In this document: positions 38,091 to 51,759 of the stretch, one piece after another
Layout: every line of letters begins with the position of its first letter
Position numbering within the stretch: the first letter of the stretch is position 1
Assembly: GCF_009914755.1 (NCBI RefSeq)
Contig: NC_060934.1
DNA length: 64,000 bases
Origin: the human T2T-CHM13v2.0 reference genome, Homo sapiens
Strand: one strand, 5' to 3'
Position numbers and translations under genes: made by a program
Notes under the pieces: generated by a model
The model's database searches: none
Told to the model about the DNA's origin: nothing
The model's input: only the letters and a program-made list of their open reading frames with translations

Positions 38091-41000
38091 TAAAAAAATC
38101 CAAGTTACTCATGTGACATAATTTGATGCATCCTTCCCTTCCCAGTATAAGAGGTTTAAAAAGACTGCTTAAAAACAGGCTGACAATGTCTCCCGGATGG
38201 AGAGAGAATTTTTCTAAAAAACCAAGTGAGTCATCATAAGCTGATTCAAAGATTCACAATTTCCTTGGTATTTATTATGCCTAAATTTTCCACATCAGGT
38301 TGGGTTATACATAGTTATATCTTTAATAACTACACATAGTTAAGAATGTCTTTATTGATTGTTTTGCTCTTTATTTCCCCAGATGCAATTCTTTCTTTTG
38401 GTTCTATGTATGTTTCCATGGAAGTATTATAGACATTTCTAGGTCTGAGACAGCCAAGGGAAGGACGAATAAAGGCTTATGGGTAACCATAATGAACATT
38501 CAAATCATTTTATTTGAGCTGCCACCAGCCAAACCCTTTTTCTCCTTTTCTATCTGTCTCTCTCCTTCCCTTCCTCAAATATTTATTAAGCAATTATTAT
38601 GACACAGATACTGCACTAGATCCTGGAGATACAAGACTGAGGCTGGAGTTCCTGTGGCTGTGTTTAAGGGTGAGGGTAGAGGACTCAACTCTCTCCTTTG
38701 TGGCCTCATTAACATTTCCTTCTGTAGCCAAGGCACTGTGGTCTATTCTCCTTGGCCAAGCCAAGCTGCTGCTTCTCCCACTTCTGCAGCTGGGGTCCTA
38801 TTGGTGAGAACTACTCACTACCCTCTGGCAGTGGCTCTGATTGCTGTTTTCAGTTGTTTCAGCTGTAAATCCATCATGCCACCTGTGGGGTGGGTGGCTG
38901 GGGCTGCCTTGTGCTGTAGAGCTGGACCTTCACAGCATCTCTATCTCTTTGCCTGGACCCATCCAGTTTGTACCTCACTTTCTAGGGGATCAGGGTATTT
39001 CCTATTCACATGCTGGAGAGTCTCTTCCCAGCTCCACAAAACAGTGCTGGTCTCTTCACTTGTGTTGCCTTGCATGCAAATCCATGATCTTTTCCCCCTT
39101 AAGCTCTCATTTTAAATATCTATATTTAAAATTAAAAATTTATGTCCATGCCTTTTTTGCTGTAGAACATTATTGATGTGCCTTATTAGCAGGCCAGCTG
39201 ATAGGGGCTCCATTTTTTTCTTTGCTAATTGACTTCCTAGGTCAGGAGGAAAGCTTGAGGATTAGTGAAATTTGCTCTCAGAGGACATTCTCTTGCCTTC
39301 AGAAGCCTCTGGCTTGTCTTTAGTTGACACTGCTTTTAAAATTTTTTTATTTTGTCAGAGAACAATACTTCTGTGTGATTCCAATTTTCTCTGTTTTTAA
39401 ATTTTAGTTTCTATAATTCATTAATTCATTCAACTATTATATTTTGAACATACTGTGAAAAGTACAATGGTAGAAAGAGGATGAAGGTAAAAGAGTGGCA
39501 ATATATGTCCTTGGCCCTGGCTTCTCTGAGCTTAAAATTTATGCACCTCAACAGGACAAGTGATCACAGAAGGTTATATGTGAATAAGTGAAAAAGTGAA
39601 CGAGGTGGCCATTGCTGATGGAGCTCAGAGCATAAGGAAACATCCTTTTGGTTAGAAGATTCAGGAAAGGCCCCAGGAAAGAGAAGAGACTTGAATTTGG
39701 CCTTGCAGGATAGAAGGATAGATTTGGATTCTAGGCTATTTTCAATGCTAAATATTTCTAATAATATCTGTGACTTTTATCTAAAAATTCTGAGAAGAGA
39801 TCAATTCTGGGAATTTATCTGAGAAGAGAAATTCCAGAGTAGCTATTTCTTCCGGAAACTCACCATTACTAGTCCCTAGAACTCATGTGCTATTTTCAGG
39901 TGGGTTGCAAGAGCCCTGGGTTTAGCTTGAATGGATGCTCTATGTTCTGTGAAAAGTTTCATCGTTTTGGGGCAGGAGCAATGATTCTGTAAGGGTACCA
40001 AGTAGCTAAACAGAGAGCTTGGGCTGATGTTCAAGTTGAGGCTATATTTCCATCTGTCCATGCTTCCCTTCCAGCATGTTAGCTATGGTTTGTAAATTAA
40101 ACCCACATCTAGAAAAAATGGAAGCACTATGTATTTTCCAGCCAGGAGTGATGTCGACGATGCCTTCTATGGAATTCCAAAGACAGTATTTCTAATGAGG
40201 TGGTAGAAGAGAAGGGTATTGGCATGGTAATGTGAAGGGACAAGAAAATAAAAGACGCAAGGGGAGAGGAAGGAGGAATACAAACTCTTCTGGGAGAAAG
40301 TGTGTATTATTTTCCTCTTTCTAGGTCTATGACAGAATTTATCATAGTCTTAGAGAGAATATCCTTCTTGAATAATGTTCTTTAATGTACTTCTTGTATT
40401 TCTTAGAAAAAGCATTATAATCTCATTGAGCATTTATTCCCAGTTGGAGACTGCAGATTTATGTCTGCATCTCAGGCTCACCCTTGGGTATGTACTCATG
40501 ATACAAAAGTGGATGGATATCTGTATTATGTAAATTGTGATTTCTTCTTCTTTGTGATGTCTTTCTTTCTGCTGTGTGCATACAGTTGAATTCATATAAG
40601 TAAATCTGTATCTGATGCATTTCCACGGTAATCAATGACAAGGTGATTGTTTCAAGTTTGGTGGGGGGAGTCACTGACTCCTTTGAGAATTTGTGGAAAA
40701 CTGTCTATCTTTCCTGGAAAAAAATGTACCTATTCATCTACATAAAAAATATGGCCTATTATTTCAGGGCATCCATAGCCTATTTGTAGACGCCTGGGCA
40801 CAGATTGCCATCATGTCAAAAGAGGGAAAGCTTTCTCCCATTTGGCTCACAGAGAGCTGAGGGAGCAGATAGAGTTCGTCAGCAATGAGAGATGCTAAAG
40901 CTGTGGAGAAATGGGGGTTAAAATGCATTGGCAGCTCCAAAGGCCTGAGGAGAGGCATGGTGCCAGGGACCACAAATTCCTGAAGAACCTGAACTCCAGG

Positions 41001-41634
41001 AAACCTGGACAGGAATGTTATAGTACTGACCCAATTTCTGCAACCAAAACCAAACCAAAACAAAGGCTGTTTTAGTCTGTTGTCCACCAAGTTCCTGCTT
41101 TACAGCTACAAGTTTATTGCCTCTGACTTTTGAGGGACGGAAGACCGTGCAGGAATTTTCCAGCACTTGGACCAGATCAAAATAAACAGAAGGAGTGAGT
41201 CGTTACCTGAGCACCAATAATGCTGGGTGAAGCCTGAGCCAAAGATTTCTCAGGCTGCAATCTGGGTCCTTGGTATGAGTGGTTTCACCTTGAGCCCAGG
41301 TATCATCCCATCATAATCGTTAAGAGAGTCAGAACCATTTCTTATCTATCCGTTGTTTTTTGTTTTGTTTATAAGATTAAAAACGTGTGTTCTTTATTTA
41401 ATTAAACTACAAGATAAGAAGTGTCGAAGTTGCGCAAGAAAGAATATCTCATTCCAAAAGAAAATTGCCAGCCATGCATATCTCCAAGAGGAGAGAAAGA
41501 GAAGAAATTAACCCTGGGCCAATTTGAACATTTTAAGAGTAAGTATCCAGTGGTAATATCCTTCTAGAAAGCTATTCAAGCCTAGTGTCATTTAGCATTA
41601 AATAATATAATCAACTTCCATTTTTCTGGTTAAG

Positions 41635-41765
41635 AGTCTTCGAACTATGGCCTACAGGCCAAATCTGGCTTGCAGTTGAGTAGCTGTCACACAGCCATAT
41701 GGACCACGAAGACGAAGATATTAACTATCTGGTCTTTTATGGAAAAAGTTCTTCAACTCTTGTTT
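41635..41765. mobile_element. MER58A/C fragment with internal deletion
   Basis: AACTATGGCCTACAGGCCAAATCTGGC...ACTATCTGGTCTTTTATGGAAAAAGTT. Confidence 0.75.
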
Positions 41766-42044
41766 CAGCTGATGAAGCAAATTTCTAACATTTTGGCTTT
41801 TCATATAAGGGGAGACTATACTGGTTAGGCCAATGCAAATGTTGTCTGCTTGATAGTTTTATTCTCTTCATAAAATTATAAGCTGCCATTCTTGTTGTAT
41901 ATAACAGTTTCTTGGAGGCTGTGTTAGTCTGAGTACGTAACATTAAGTCTGATCATTGTTGGAACACTGTTTCTGAGCATGCAGTTGAGGGTAAGATTAG
42001 GGCCTGAAATTAATTCAGCAATTCCATTGCCTCTCCTTGGTGAC

Positions 42045-42458
42045 TGTAATGGTTTGAATATGGGTTGTCCCCTATGAAACTCATGTTGAAATTTTATTCC
42101 CAATATAAGGGTGTTGAGAGGTGGTGGGACCTTTAAGAGGTGTTTGGGTTGTGAAGATGAGCAGGTATTAATGCCTCTCAGGGCTGGATTAATTCTCATG
42201 GAACTGGATTAATCACTGCATGCAAGAGTGTTTTGTTGTAAAGCAGAGGCTTCCCTGTAGGTTTTGTCTCTTTTGCACATGCTCCCTTACCCTCTGCTTT
42301 TCTGTCATGTTATGATGCAGTATGAAAGCCCTCACCAGAAGCTTCCACCATGCTCTTGGACTTCCAACCCTCCAAAACTGAGCCAAATAAACTTCTGTTC
42401 TCTATAGATTACCCAGCCTCAGGTATTCTGTTATAGCAACAGAAAACAGACCAAGACA
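42045..42458 (+). mobile_element. MSTC/MSTD-like solo MaLR LTR with perfect 5-bp TSD
   Basis: TGTAATGGTTTGAATAT...AATAAACTTCTG...CAGGTATTCTGTTATAGCAACAGAAAACAGACCAAGACA; TSD GTGAC at 42040-42044 and 42459-42463. Confidence 0.92.
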
Positions 42459-43773
42459 GTGACGCATGGGAGGGAGGGGCACCTGGCATTCTCTGGATGG
42501 TTGTTCTTGCATCTCTGGGAACTGATGGCCTTTCCCCGTAAAGGTCTACAGCTCCATTTCAACGTTTCAACTACTTGCTTTAGCAATTTAGAACAGGTTG
42601 AAGAGTCTGAATTGATATATTTAGCTCTCTCCTTTTTAAATAGTCTCTCTCCTTTCTTTCAAAAATATTTAAATGTAGCCAGTGTCTTTTGTAGTCATAC
42701 AAATCAGTGCTAGATTAGAAAAGTCCAATAGATCTGGGATTCTCCCAGTGAGGCTTGCAATTACTCTTCAACTCATTCAGCCCTGTGTTTCCCCAAACTA
42801 CCTCCATTGGCTTAGAGTAGATTTGAGGACATATGTTCCTTTGATCACAATTAAATGAAGTGACTATGGGATATTTACATGGAGCTTTAAAAAATTTATG
42901 TACATAACACTAATGGCATCTAATAGTTTACTTACTGCATTTTAAAATTTGAGCACTGTATTATTCATAGCTGGTCAGAAATCCATAATGCATGAACCTC
43001 CTCCAGTGCACTCTTGCTTGTATGCATGTTTGACTCTCCAATTTCCTGAGGTTGTCCCTGGGAAATGCTGACACCCATTGCATACATAAACACTTCCTGA
43101 TCACATGGCCTTTCTGTGGGTGGATGGCTTTTTTCTGAGGATCTCAAAACAGTTTGCAGTCATGATCCCATCAGTTTCTGTAAAATTCTGAATAGTATGT
43201 TAGAGACGGATGCTGTCACCTGGACTTTACAGCTCAGGGGATGGAGACACAGATCATTTAAATGGGAAACATCAAGTGCATGGCCTTTCAGCACAGTGGG
43301 ACAGAGAATGAAATATTCCCAGCACTAGATCAATCAATCAGCCAATCAGTATTTATTGAGTGCATATCCTTGGCTCAGCATGGGGCTAGTTGCTATGCTA
43401 GACTATTTTATGTCTTGCTTATATGATTTGGGTCTTCTGCCATCTTGAAAAAAATATTATCTGTCAGTGAATTTTCTTAAATATAAGCTGTAAATTGGGA
43501 GGGAATAAGTAGGAAAGAATTATGAGATGAGAAAAGTATGTGGGTGGGAATAGAGAGTCACGTTTGGAAGGCAAGTATCCTCCGAATGTGATGATATTGA
43601 AGATTTCTTATTCTATTTCTAAGACAATTTTCAAGGCAATGAATAAAGCACGGCAATGTTCCAGCATTAACATTAGTTAGTTAAGTACACTTCTGTTATC
43701 TCTCATCCAGTTGATTTTCTGGCTAAGCCTACCTATGAATACCTAAACCATGACCACCACTCACCACAGTATT

Positions 43774-44091
43774 TGTGTGTGTGTGTGTGTGTATGTGTGT
43801 ATGTGTGTGTGAGACACAGTCTCGATGTGTCGCCCAGGCTAGAGTGCAGTGGCACAATCTCAGCTCACTGCAACTGCCGCTTCCTGGGTCAAATGATTCT
43901 CCTACCTCAGCCTCCTGAGTAGCTGGGACTACAGGTACATGTCACCATGCTGGCTAATTTTTGTATTTTTAATAGAGATGGGGGTTTCACCATGTTGGCT
44001 GGGCTGGTCTCAAACTCCTGACCTGAGGCGATCTTCCCATTTTGTTCTCCCAAATTTCTGGGATTACAGGTGTGAGCCACTGTGCCCAGCC
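43774..44091 (-). mobile_element. Alu (AluS class) whose tail is a (CA)n microsatellite
   Basis: (TG)n at 43774-43810 in place of poly-T; TSD ACAGTATT at 43766-43773 and 44092-44099. Confidence 0.93.
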
Positions 44092-44207
44092 ACAGTATTG
44101 ATTAGACAATATTTTTGTGCATTTTAAATGCAGCTAGAAATTAAACAATTTAAAGTTGATGCTTTTGAAAAGATGATAAATCATGAACCAAAAGTATCCT
44201 GATATAA

Positions 44208-44553
<346 letters not shown>

Positions 44554-44564
44554 AGGGATACTTT

Positions 44565-44883
44565 ATTTTTTAAATTTTCATGGGGACAGGAATTCATTCT
44601 GTCACTTAGGTTGGAGTATAGTGACATGATCATAGCTCACTGAAGCCTCAAACTCTGGGGCCTGAGTTATACTCCTGCCTCTTAGCCTCCCGAGTAGCTA
44701 GGACTATAGGCACATGCCATCACACCTGGCTAATTAAAAAAACAAAACAAAACAAACTTTTTTGTAGAGATGGGGTCTTGCTATGTTGTACAGGCTGGGC
44801 TATAACTCTGGCCTCATGTGACCCTCCTCCCTTGGCCTCCCAATCCCTTCTGGGATTATAGGCATGAGCTACCATGCCCAGTC
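44565..44883 (-). mobile_element. AluJ
   Basis: GATCATAGCTCACTGAAGCCTCAAACTC, TTTTTGTAGAGATGGGGTCTTGCTATGTTG; flank AAGGATA shared with 44234. Confidence 0.9.
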
Positions 44884-44979
44884 TAAACAAGGATAGTTTA
44901 GAGAACAGCATACAAATGAAGCCCAGGAGAAGGACTTAAATCATATAATTGTGTGACTACTAAAGAATTATCTAAGATA

Positions 44980-45110
44980 CTCATCTATTTTTATAAACTA
45001 GAAACTGAAAAACAGAGACATGAAGTATCTTGGCCCAGACACACCGCTAGGTAGAGGCAGACTATGATTAGAAATCCAAGTATATGGACTTTAAGTCTGG
45101 GTCTCTTTCC
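44980..45110 (-). mobile_element. MIR
   Basis: GAAACTGAAAAACAGAGACATGAAGTATCTTGGCCCAGACACAC. Confidence 0.65.
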
Positions 45111-46099
45111 GCTTACCTCAGACTTTCATCCTTAGTAGAGGATGCAGAGCAATCAAACTGATGTCCCCACCCCTGTTAATTGGTTAATTAGTACAAGTTT
45201 TGGGAAATCATCTTCTTGGAGAGAATCATGAATTTCTCTTAGTCACATAGATGTTCTTTATTCAGTAGCATAAATGTTCTCAGAGACTATGTTTTGAGCT
45301 TGAGAGAGAGCCAAAATTCCCTGCTGCCAAATTCTCCAAAAAATCCTTACAGGCATTAACTGGAACCTGGGATGCTGCATTAGTAGGTGATAGCAACTGC
45401 TTAATGAGGTGACCCCGTACAGTGTGATAATAGAGAGCTTCGTTGGGAACCTTATCTCCTCAGGAGCTCACCCACTCTCAAGACAAATGCAAAGGGCACA
45501 GTGGGCAGTCAAAGAGGCAGGGTGAATTAGTGTCAAGGAACATCTTTAATTCATGGGAGTCATACATCAGAGGGAACTGAGCATGGCTTAGTTTTGTCAT
45601 AGGAATACAATGAGAAGCCCTGGAAAGTTGGCACTTTGTCAAAATGCCGTTTATGAGTTCTGCAGTACATACTCTTCACTTGATGCAAAACTGGCTGGTT
45701 CACTTGGAAGTTGTTTATGAACTTCAGTGGGTACACATCTATGGAAACTCCTTCCAATGAGGTAGGTACATGGTTAGGTAGCGTAGCATTTCTTCTTTTT
45801 CAGGGGAGAAAACAAGAGATTGATTTTTAAATTCCCCAAACTGTAGGAGCAACTATAGGGAGAATGGCTATTTTTGAACTGGAGGTCTCCCAACATTTAG
45901 TGCAAAGGACTTGTACAGATCAATAGTGGTGAAAGTCCTTCCAGCTGGTCGACTGGCAGTTCCTGAACCATCCCCACCCTTGTCAGGTGGTGGCCTGGAT
46001 GTCAGTATATAGATACACTGAAGTATGTTTCAAGGGGCACCCCCACTCCCAGCTCAGTAACTCACAGCCAAGGCTTGGAGTGGGGCCTCAGAGAGACAT

Positions 46100-46260
46100 G
46101 GACTTCACTGCTGGTTCCACCATTCATGTGTCTGCACCCATTTTCCTCCTTTCTGAAATGGTAGTAATAATACCTTTATTACAGAGCTGCTATGAGGAGG
46201 AAGTAAATATGAATCTATGTCAATGTGCCTGGTGCAGAGGAGTACTCTCCCATGCTAAGT
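46100..46260 (+). mobile_element. MIR
   Basis: TTTTCCTCCTTTCTGAAATGGTAGTAATAATACCT...TGCCTGGTGCAGAG. Confidence 0.65.
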
Positions 46261-47539
46261 CCACTCCCTTTCAGATCATTAATGGTGAAGTCCTAGTATC
46301 AATGGTCACCTTTTGTGTCTGCAGTAGTAAGAGGTCAGCTGCTAGTCATAAACCTCATACAGTTTATTTGGCATTAATAGCCCCATTTCCTCACATGTAA
46401 ATTGGAGGCACAGTGGAATTTGTACCATATAGGTGTTATAACTATATGGACTTCGCAGGGAGAGAAGAAGGAAGAGAGGAGGATAGAGAGAATCTAAGTA
46501 GTGTGAATGGCTTCATTCACATTCCACTCAGTGAGCATAAACCATGAAGTCAGCATGACATGGGAGGTATGAATGTGATGTTACTCCAGTGGATCTCCAT
46601 TGCTTCAATTGCTGCATCCTATATAGGGTGTAAGTAGTCCACATAAGCTGTATGATTCTGGTACAGAATTTTATGTATGTGGGCATAAAATGTGCACGCA
46701 TATATTTTCCCAATAACATGGCTCCTTAACACAACCAACTCTCTGATTGGATGTTTCATCAAAGAAACAGCCCCCTCTTCTAATACTGTATCACGCTTAT
46801 TGAAAGATGGTATTATACTGGTCTTTAACAAACTGTCTTTTTGAAGGGTGTTTTCCAAGATAATTTTGATGATGGGTAATGTCTGTCTTTTCTTCTGACA
46901 TTAGCACATATTTCCCAGTGAGAAAGCTCTGCTGTAAATCCTCCAAGCCAACCAGGGTTATTGTGGGGATCAGGTGAGATAATAGTTATGAAAGAGCTGT
47001 GCAAAGGGTAAGGCTGCAGACTGATGCAAGATGCTGTTGTTAGTAATGACTTCTGATTATAACTTTTCTTCAGGCTTTGGGTATATGGATCAAAGTGGAA
47101 TATTTTGCTTTTATTTTCGTGGACTTGATTTTTCAGCCAAAGCTATCAGAATACTCAGTGAAAAGGATTATGAAAGATGTTTAGGGAAAATGGCCCCCTT
47201 GCCTTCAGGTGGGCCAATTAAACAATTGGGATTAGAGACAGCTGTGAAGCATTCTGATTAAAGGCCTAGGATAGAGACTGAAAATTTAGCATTTTCAATT
47301 AGCTCCACAGGTGCATCTGACATCAGAAAAGTCAGAAAGAAAGGGAATAAAATGTGTGTGTGTGTGTTTCAATGAGAATCAAAAGGAGAAAATAAACTCC
47401 TGAGAAGTCCTTTTATCGTTAATGTCTCATACTAATTCTAGTGCAGAAATGCAATGTTTGAGGCGGACAGTGTTTTTTCAGATGATTTTTCTCAAGGCCT
47501 AGGATTTATTACTCATTTACAAATTTCTAGGTCTTAGAG

Positions 47540-48080
47540 ATTGTAGATACTAGTAAGGAGCTTACCCCTACCCTGAAAAAGGAGGGAGTAGAAAGGTTAT
47601 CTCTATCTAGAGACAGTGAGAGCTCCCCTAGGGAAGCTGTGGTTTCTGTTTGAAGGATGAAGACCATACGGGGTGTAAGGAAAATGGCTGAGCTGCAGCC
47701 AAGCAGGCATAGGGCAGCAGGCATAGGCCGAGGTAAACAGCCTAGATGACTCAGTGGGATTGGGGCACAAGTGCACAGTCCCATGTCTTATACAATCATC
47801 GCCATGCAGACATAACATAGAGAAGCTCACCAGCTGGCTCTCAGCCACTATTGTTTGTGTGGTGTATAAATGTAACAGTGACACTGTGAAGAAGCTGCTG
47901 AATAAAGCCATGTCTCATTTACCTGCTGTCTCTCGTATGCTCTTCCAGCTCCCTGCCCCACATCCACCCACTCCCCTCGGACCTTAGCTGGGGCTGGACC
48001 TCAACCCTGAGCATGACATGGGACAATCTGAAGAAAAGGACCCAAAGGAACACATAACCCGAACTTGCATCACTGCTCCC
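47540..48080 (-). mobile_element. LTR33 fragment split by LTR18A
   Basis: 47575-47668 and 48019-48080 align collinearly with 49520-49690 of the LTR33 copy. Confidence 0.7.
47674..48018 (+). mobile_element. LTR18A solo LTR (ERVL, HERV18)
   Basis: 345 bp, TGTAAGGAAAATGGCTG...CCCTGAGCATGACA; TATAAA 47865, AATAAA 47901, AP-1 TGACTCA 47747; degenerate TSD CGGGG/TGGGA. Confidence 0.88.
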
Positions 48081-49348
48081 TTATTTGAAAAATATCAGAA
48101 AATTGTTATTTGCTAATTTTGGAATTTTTGGGGGTAATTCCAAAGTTCTCTACAGATGAATGCAAAACAAAACAGCAACAGCTCTTTTTCAGAGATGAGC
48201 AGGCTAGTGAGAAAAGTGATTATTTGGATTTGGATGGTTTTGGAATTTTCTTATTTTTTTTTGTATGAGCCTTGTCCTAAATCTTCAGAACTCTGTAAGT
48301 TCTGAAGTTCTAATATTTAACCATTGCAGGTCAGTTTTAGGGGTTGGTAGTTTTTAAGGAGTTCAGATAAATTCTGGTCACTAAGTTGAGCTTCTAAGGG
48401 TTTAGATCTATTGCTATTGAAAGCTGTTTGTTATCTATGACTCCTCCTTGGTGTAATTCTCTCCTGGATAATTTCTTTCTTGGAAAGAAAATGGATTTTC
48501 AAAGAATAAGGTTTGAGCCTCATAGAGATTTTTGTTGGTTTTCAACAATGTTGGCTTAGGAAAAGCCAAACCAAAACCAAAACACAACTTCTAGGAAGCA
48601 GGTACTGTATTTTGGGGTCATTGTGGAACTGAGCTGAATGAAAGGAGGGTATCCATCATGGAAATGGTAATTATAGAGAACTGAAGCCACATTGTGAGGT
48701 AAGGGGAATACAAGTAGCAAATATGAACCAGAAACCAAACCAGGGTGGGAACCAGTGTCAGAAACAAAGGCCAAACCAGAGTCAGTGAAACCAGGGTTCT
48801 GGGATGGTTTAGGGCTCATGAGTCCTCTCTAATGAGCTTCATAGAAAGACAGAGCTTGGTCCACATCCTGGCTCTTCTACTTGCTGTGTGCATATGATTG
48901 AGTTACTTAACCTCTCTGATCCTCAAAAGCCTTATCTATCAATTATGTTAATTAATAATTAGCATGCATGAGAGATCTGCTGGTATAATTAATATTCATG
49001 TTAATATTATTACCATGTGGTCCTCTGCCTCTCCTAATAGGCGACATTGGCCAGTTGTCTTGGGCATGTGGGTGAGGCCAGCCTGAGAGACAGACATGAA
49101 TCAACTGGTCACTCTCCTCTTGTTAGAACTGGTTCTCTCACAGGTGACTACTCTACGTCGTCAGTCAAACCCTGGCAGGATCCTTCACATTAGTGAAGCT
49201 TGCATGACTGCTCCATTTGACTTTGTCTCCTCTGCATCAACACGAGCTTGATTTTCTCATTAGTGGAGCATTTGCTTAGGAATTATTTTCCAGAGGAATT
49301 TAGTTACTAATCCCCGTTGTGATAGCAAAATCAACAAGGAGCCCCTTG

Positions 49349-49863
49349 AGTCAGTCAGGGTCTCAGCAGGAAACAGATGGCACACTCAAATTGGATAATT
49401 TATAGAGTTTAATAAAGAAATTATTTGGGAAAGTAGGGCCAAAATGTAGAGAAGCTACTATGGGTAGTGCAGAAGCTGAGGGCTAGACACTGCCATGTAC
49501 TCTTCCCATTCGTATCCAGAGAAGAGGGGAGGCGGAGAGGTTGTCAGTATCTAAGAGTTTGTCAGTATCTAGAGGCAGCGAGCACTCCCCTGGAGGAGCT
49601 GTGGTCTCTGTTTGAAGGATGCAGACCATCTGAGGCAACCTGCCAAAAAGAAACTGAGGGAACACAGAACTCAGCCTTGCCTTCTTGCCTCCCTGTGGTC
49701 TCCTGATTGTTCTGCCCTTTGGCCAAACCCAGTGGAAAGGCAGAGAGCAAAGGAAATTTTGATGATGATTTGGTCTATTCAGGTCAGCCTCCTGGGGCAC
49801 ACATCAGAGTGGGGAAGGGTGCTGAGTGCAGCTAGGGAGGCAAAGAGAAGATCCTCTGTTCAC
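49349..49863 (-). mobile_element. LTR33 solo LTR (ERVL)
   Basis: AGTCAGGGTCTCAGCAGGAAACAGATGGCACACTCAAATTGGATAATTT...CAGGTCAGCCTCCTGGGGCAC...GGCAAAGAGAAGAT. Confidence 0.85.
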
Positions 49864-49937
49864 CCTCTTAGAGGCCCTCTGCTGCCAAGTGTCGTCACGG
49901 TAATTATGTTGGGGTCTATTAAGTGATGTGTGCATGA

Positions 49938-50266
<329 letters not shown>

Positions 50267-50334
50267 GTGTGCGTGACATGTATTACAAAAATAAATTTAC
50301 TGAATCCTGAATCACCCCACAGAACTTGATGGCA

Positions 50335-50520
50335 CTAATTTAGAGTCATGCAGTTCTGCATTCTACTCTGGTTCTACCACTTATTATCTCTTTTACACTC
50401 TTACCAAATCACTTAAATTCTCTCAGCCTCAATTTCTTCACCTGTAAAATGGGAGTAATGAGACTTCCATGATAGAGTTATCACTGAATTCAGTGAAATA
50501 ACAGAAATGAAAATATATCC
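50335..50520 (+). mobile_element. MIR
   Basis: CCTCAATTTCTTCACCTGTAAAATGGGAGTAAT. Confidence 0.8.
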
Positions 50521-51759
50521 AAATATCCATACTGTGTACACACACTATAGAAGATTATACAGAGAGACTGGGTTTTGGTCCTTCTATTGTCAAAGAACTA
50601 TGTTGCATTCTGGGTGAAAAATTGCAATTCCAGTGAGCAAAAACTAAGACAGTTGGAAATCTATGTGGTGTTCTACTAAAATATGACTTTGGTTCTCACT
50701 GGGGAGCCTAAAACTTTCATTTGATGTTAAGATAGCATATTAATTTATACCTATGGAAGCCTTGTATGACATTTCCAAATCTGTCTGTAAGATAATGGCT
50801 CTAAATGGTTTATGACTTTTAAAAAATCTAATAAATATAGTAACTTTGTACCTCAGTGTAATGAAAAAAAGAGATGTTTTGGGATATATCATTTCTCATT
50901 GAAATGCATTACTGTTTCCCACCAGCATAAATCTTAGAACTGGAGCTCTTCTGTCAGCCCATTTCTTAAAGGAGAGTCCCTGAATGAACAGACTACATGA
51001 GGCTGTTCTCCACTGGCCCTTCCAGCCCTGGCAGGTCAGAGCACAGCTAAGACTAGAGTCAAATGGCCGAGGCTTAGGGCATTTTGAGGAGACATCACAC
51101 AGATGCATTTTCCCTACAGTACTTAACCTCCTACACTCTTCTCCCACACAGCAATCCATTCAACTCTGCCTCCCTTCCCCCAAGTGTGTTCCTAATTGCC
51201 TGTGATGTTATTAAATAAAACACGTGAAGCTGGATTTTTCAAAAAGGAGTTTCTTTCATACAAAAGTCTAAAAATGAAGCCACAGATGAATCCCAAATCG
51301 GGGATTATACATACTCAGAGAATGGTAAGGGGAGTACCAAGGGAGAACAGGACACCATGTAGGAGACAAGAAGAGGAGCAGTTAAAATGTAGGTACTGCT
51401 AAGACCCTGATCCAAGGGAAAAAGTGCTTCAGGGAACTTAGCTTATTTGGCTGCTAGAGCAGAAGCTGGGCTCAGCTCAAATGCCTAGACCCCTTTAGTG
51501 CATTGTTCAACAGCAAAGTTCTCAATCTTTAGAATTTTTTTTTCTTCTACCTTGACCGGCATCTTATCTAACATTTACATGCTCCGTACTTTCCACAAAC
51601 ATAACCTAGATTTTATGCCAGTTCCCACTGCATTGCATCCTTTTCTCTTCCCAAGCTGGAATGCAAAGGAAAAGGCATGCCATTATAGGGATAACCATAA
51701 TTCTGTTCCAACATATATAAATATTAACAAGTGGGCATGAGCATCCAAAAATATGTTGG

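Noticed and set aside
38514-39176. Overlapping 97-153 aa ORFs in unique sequence
   Set aside because: No recognisable domain, non-ATG starts, composition typical of random translation
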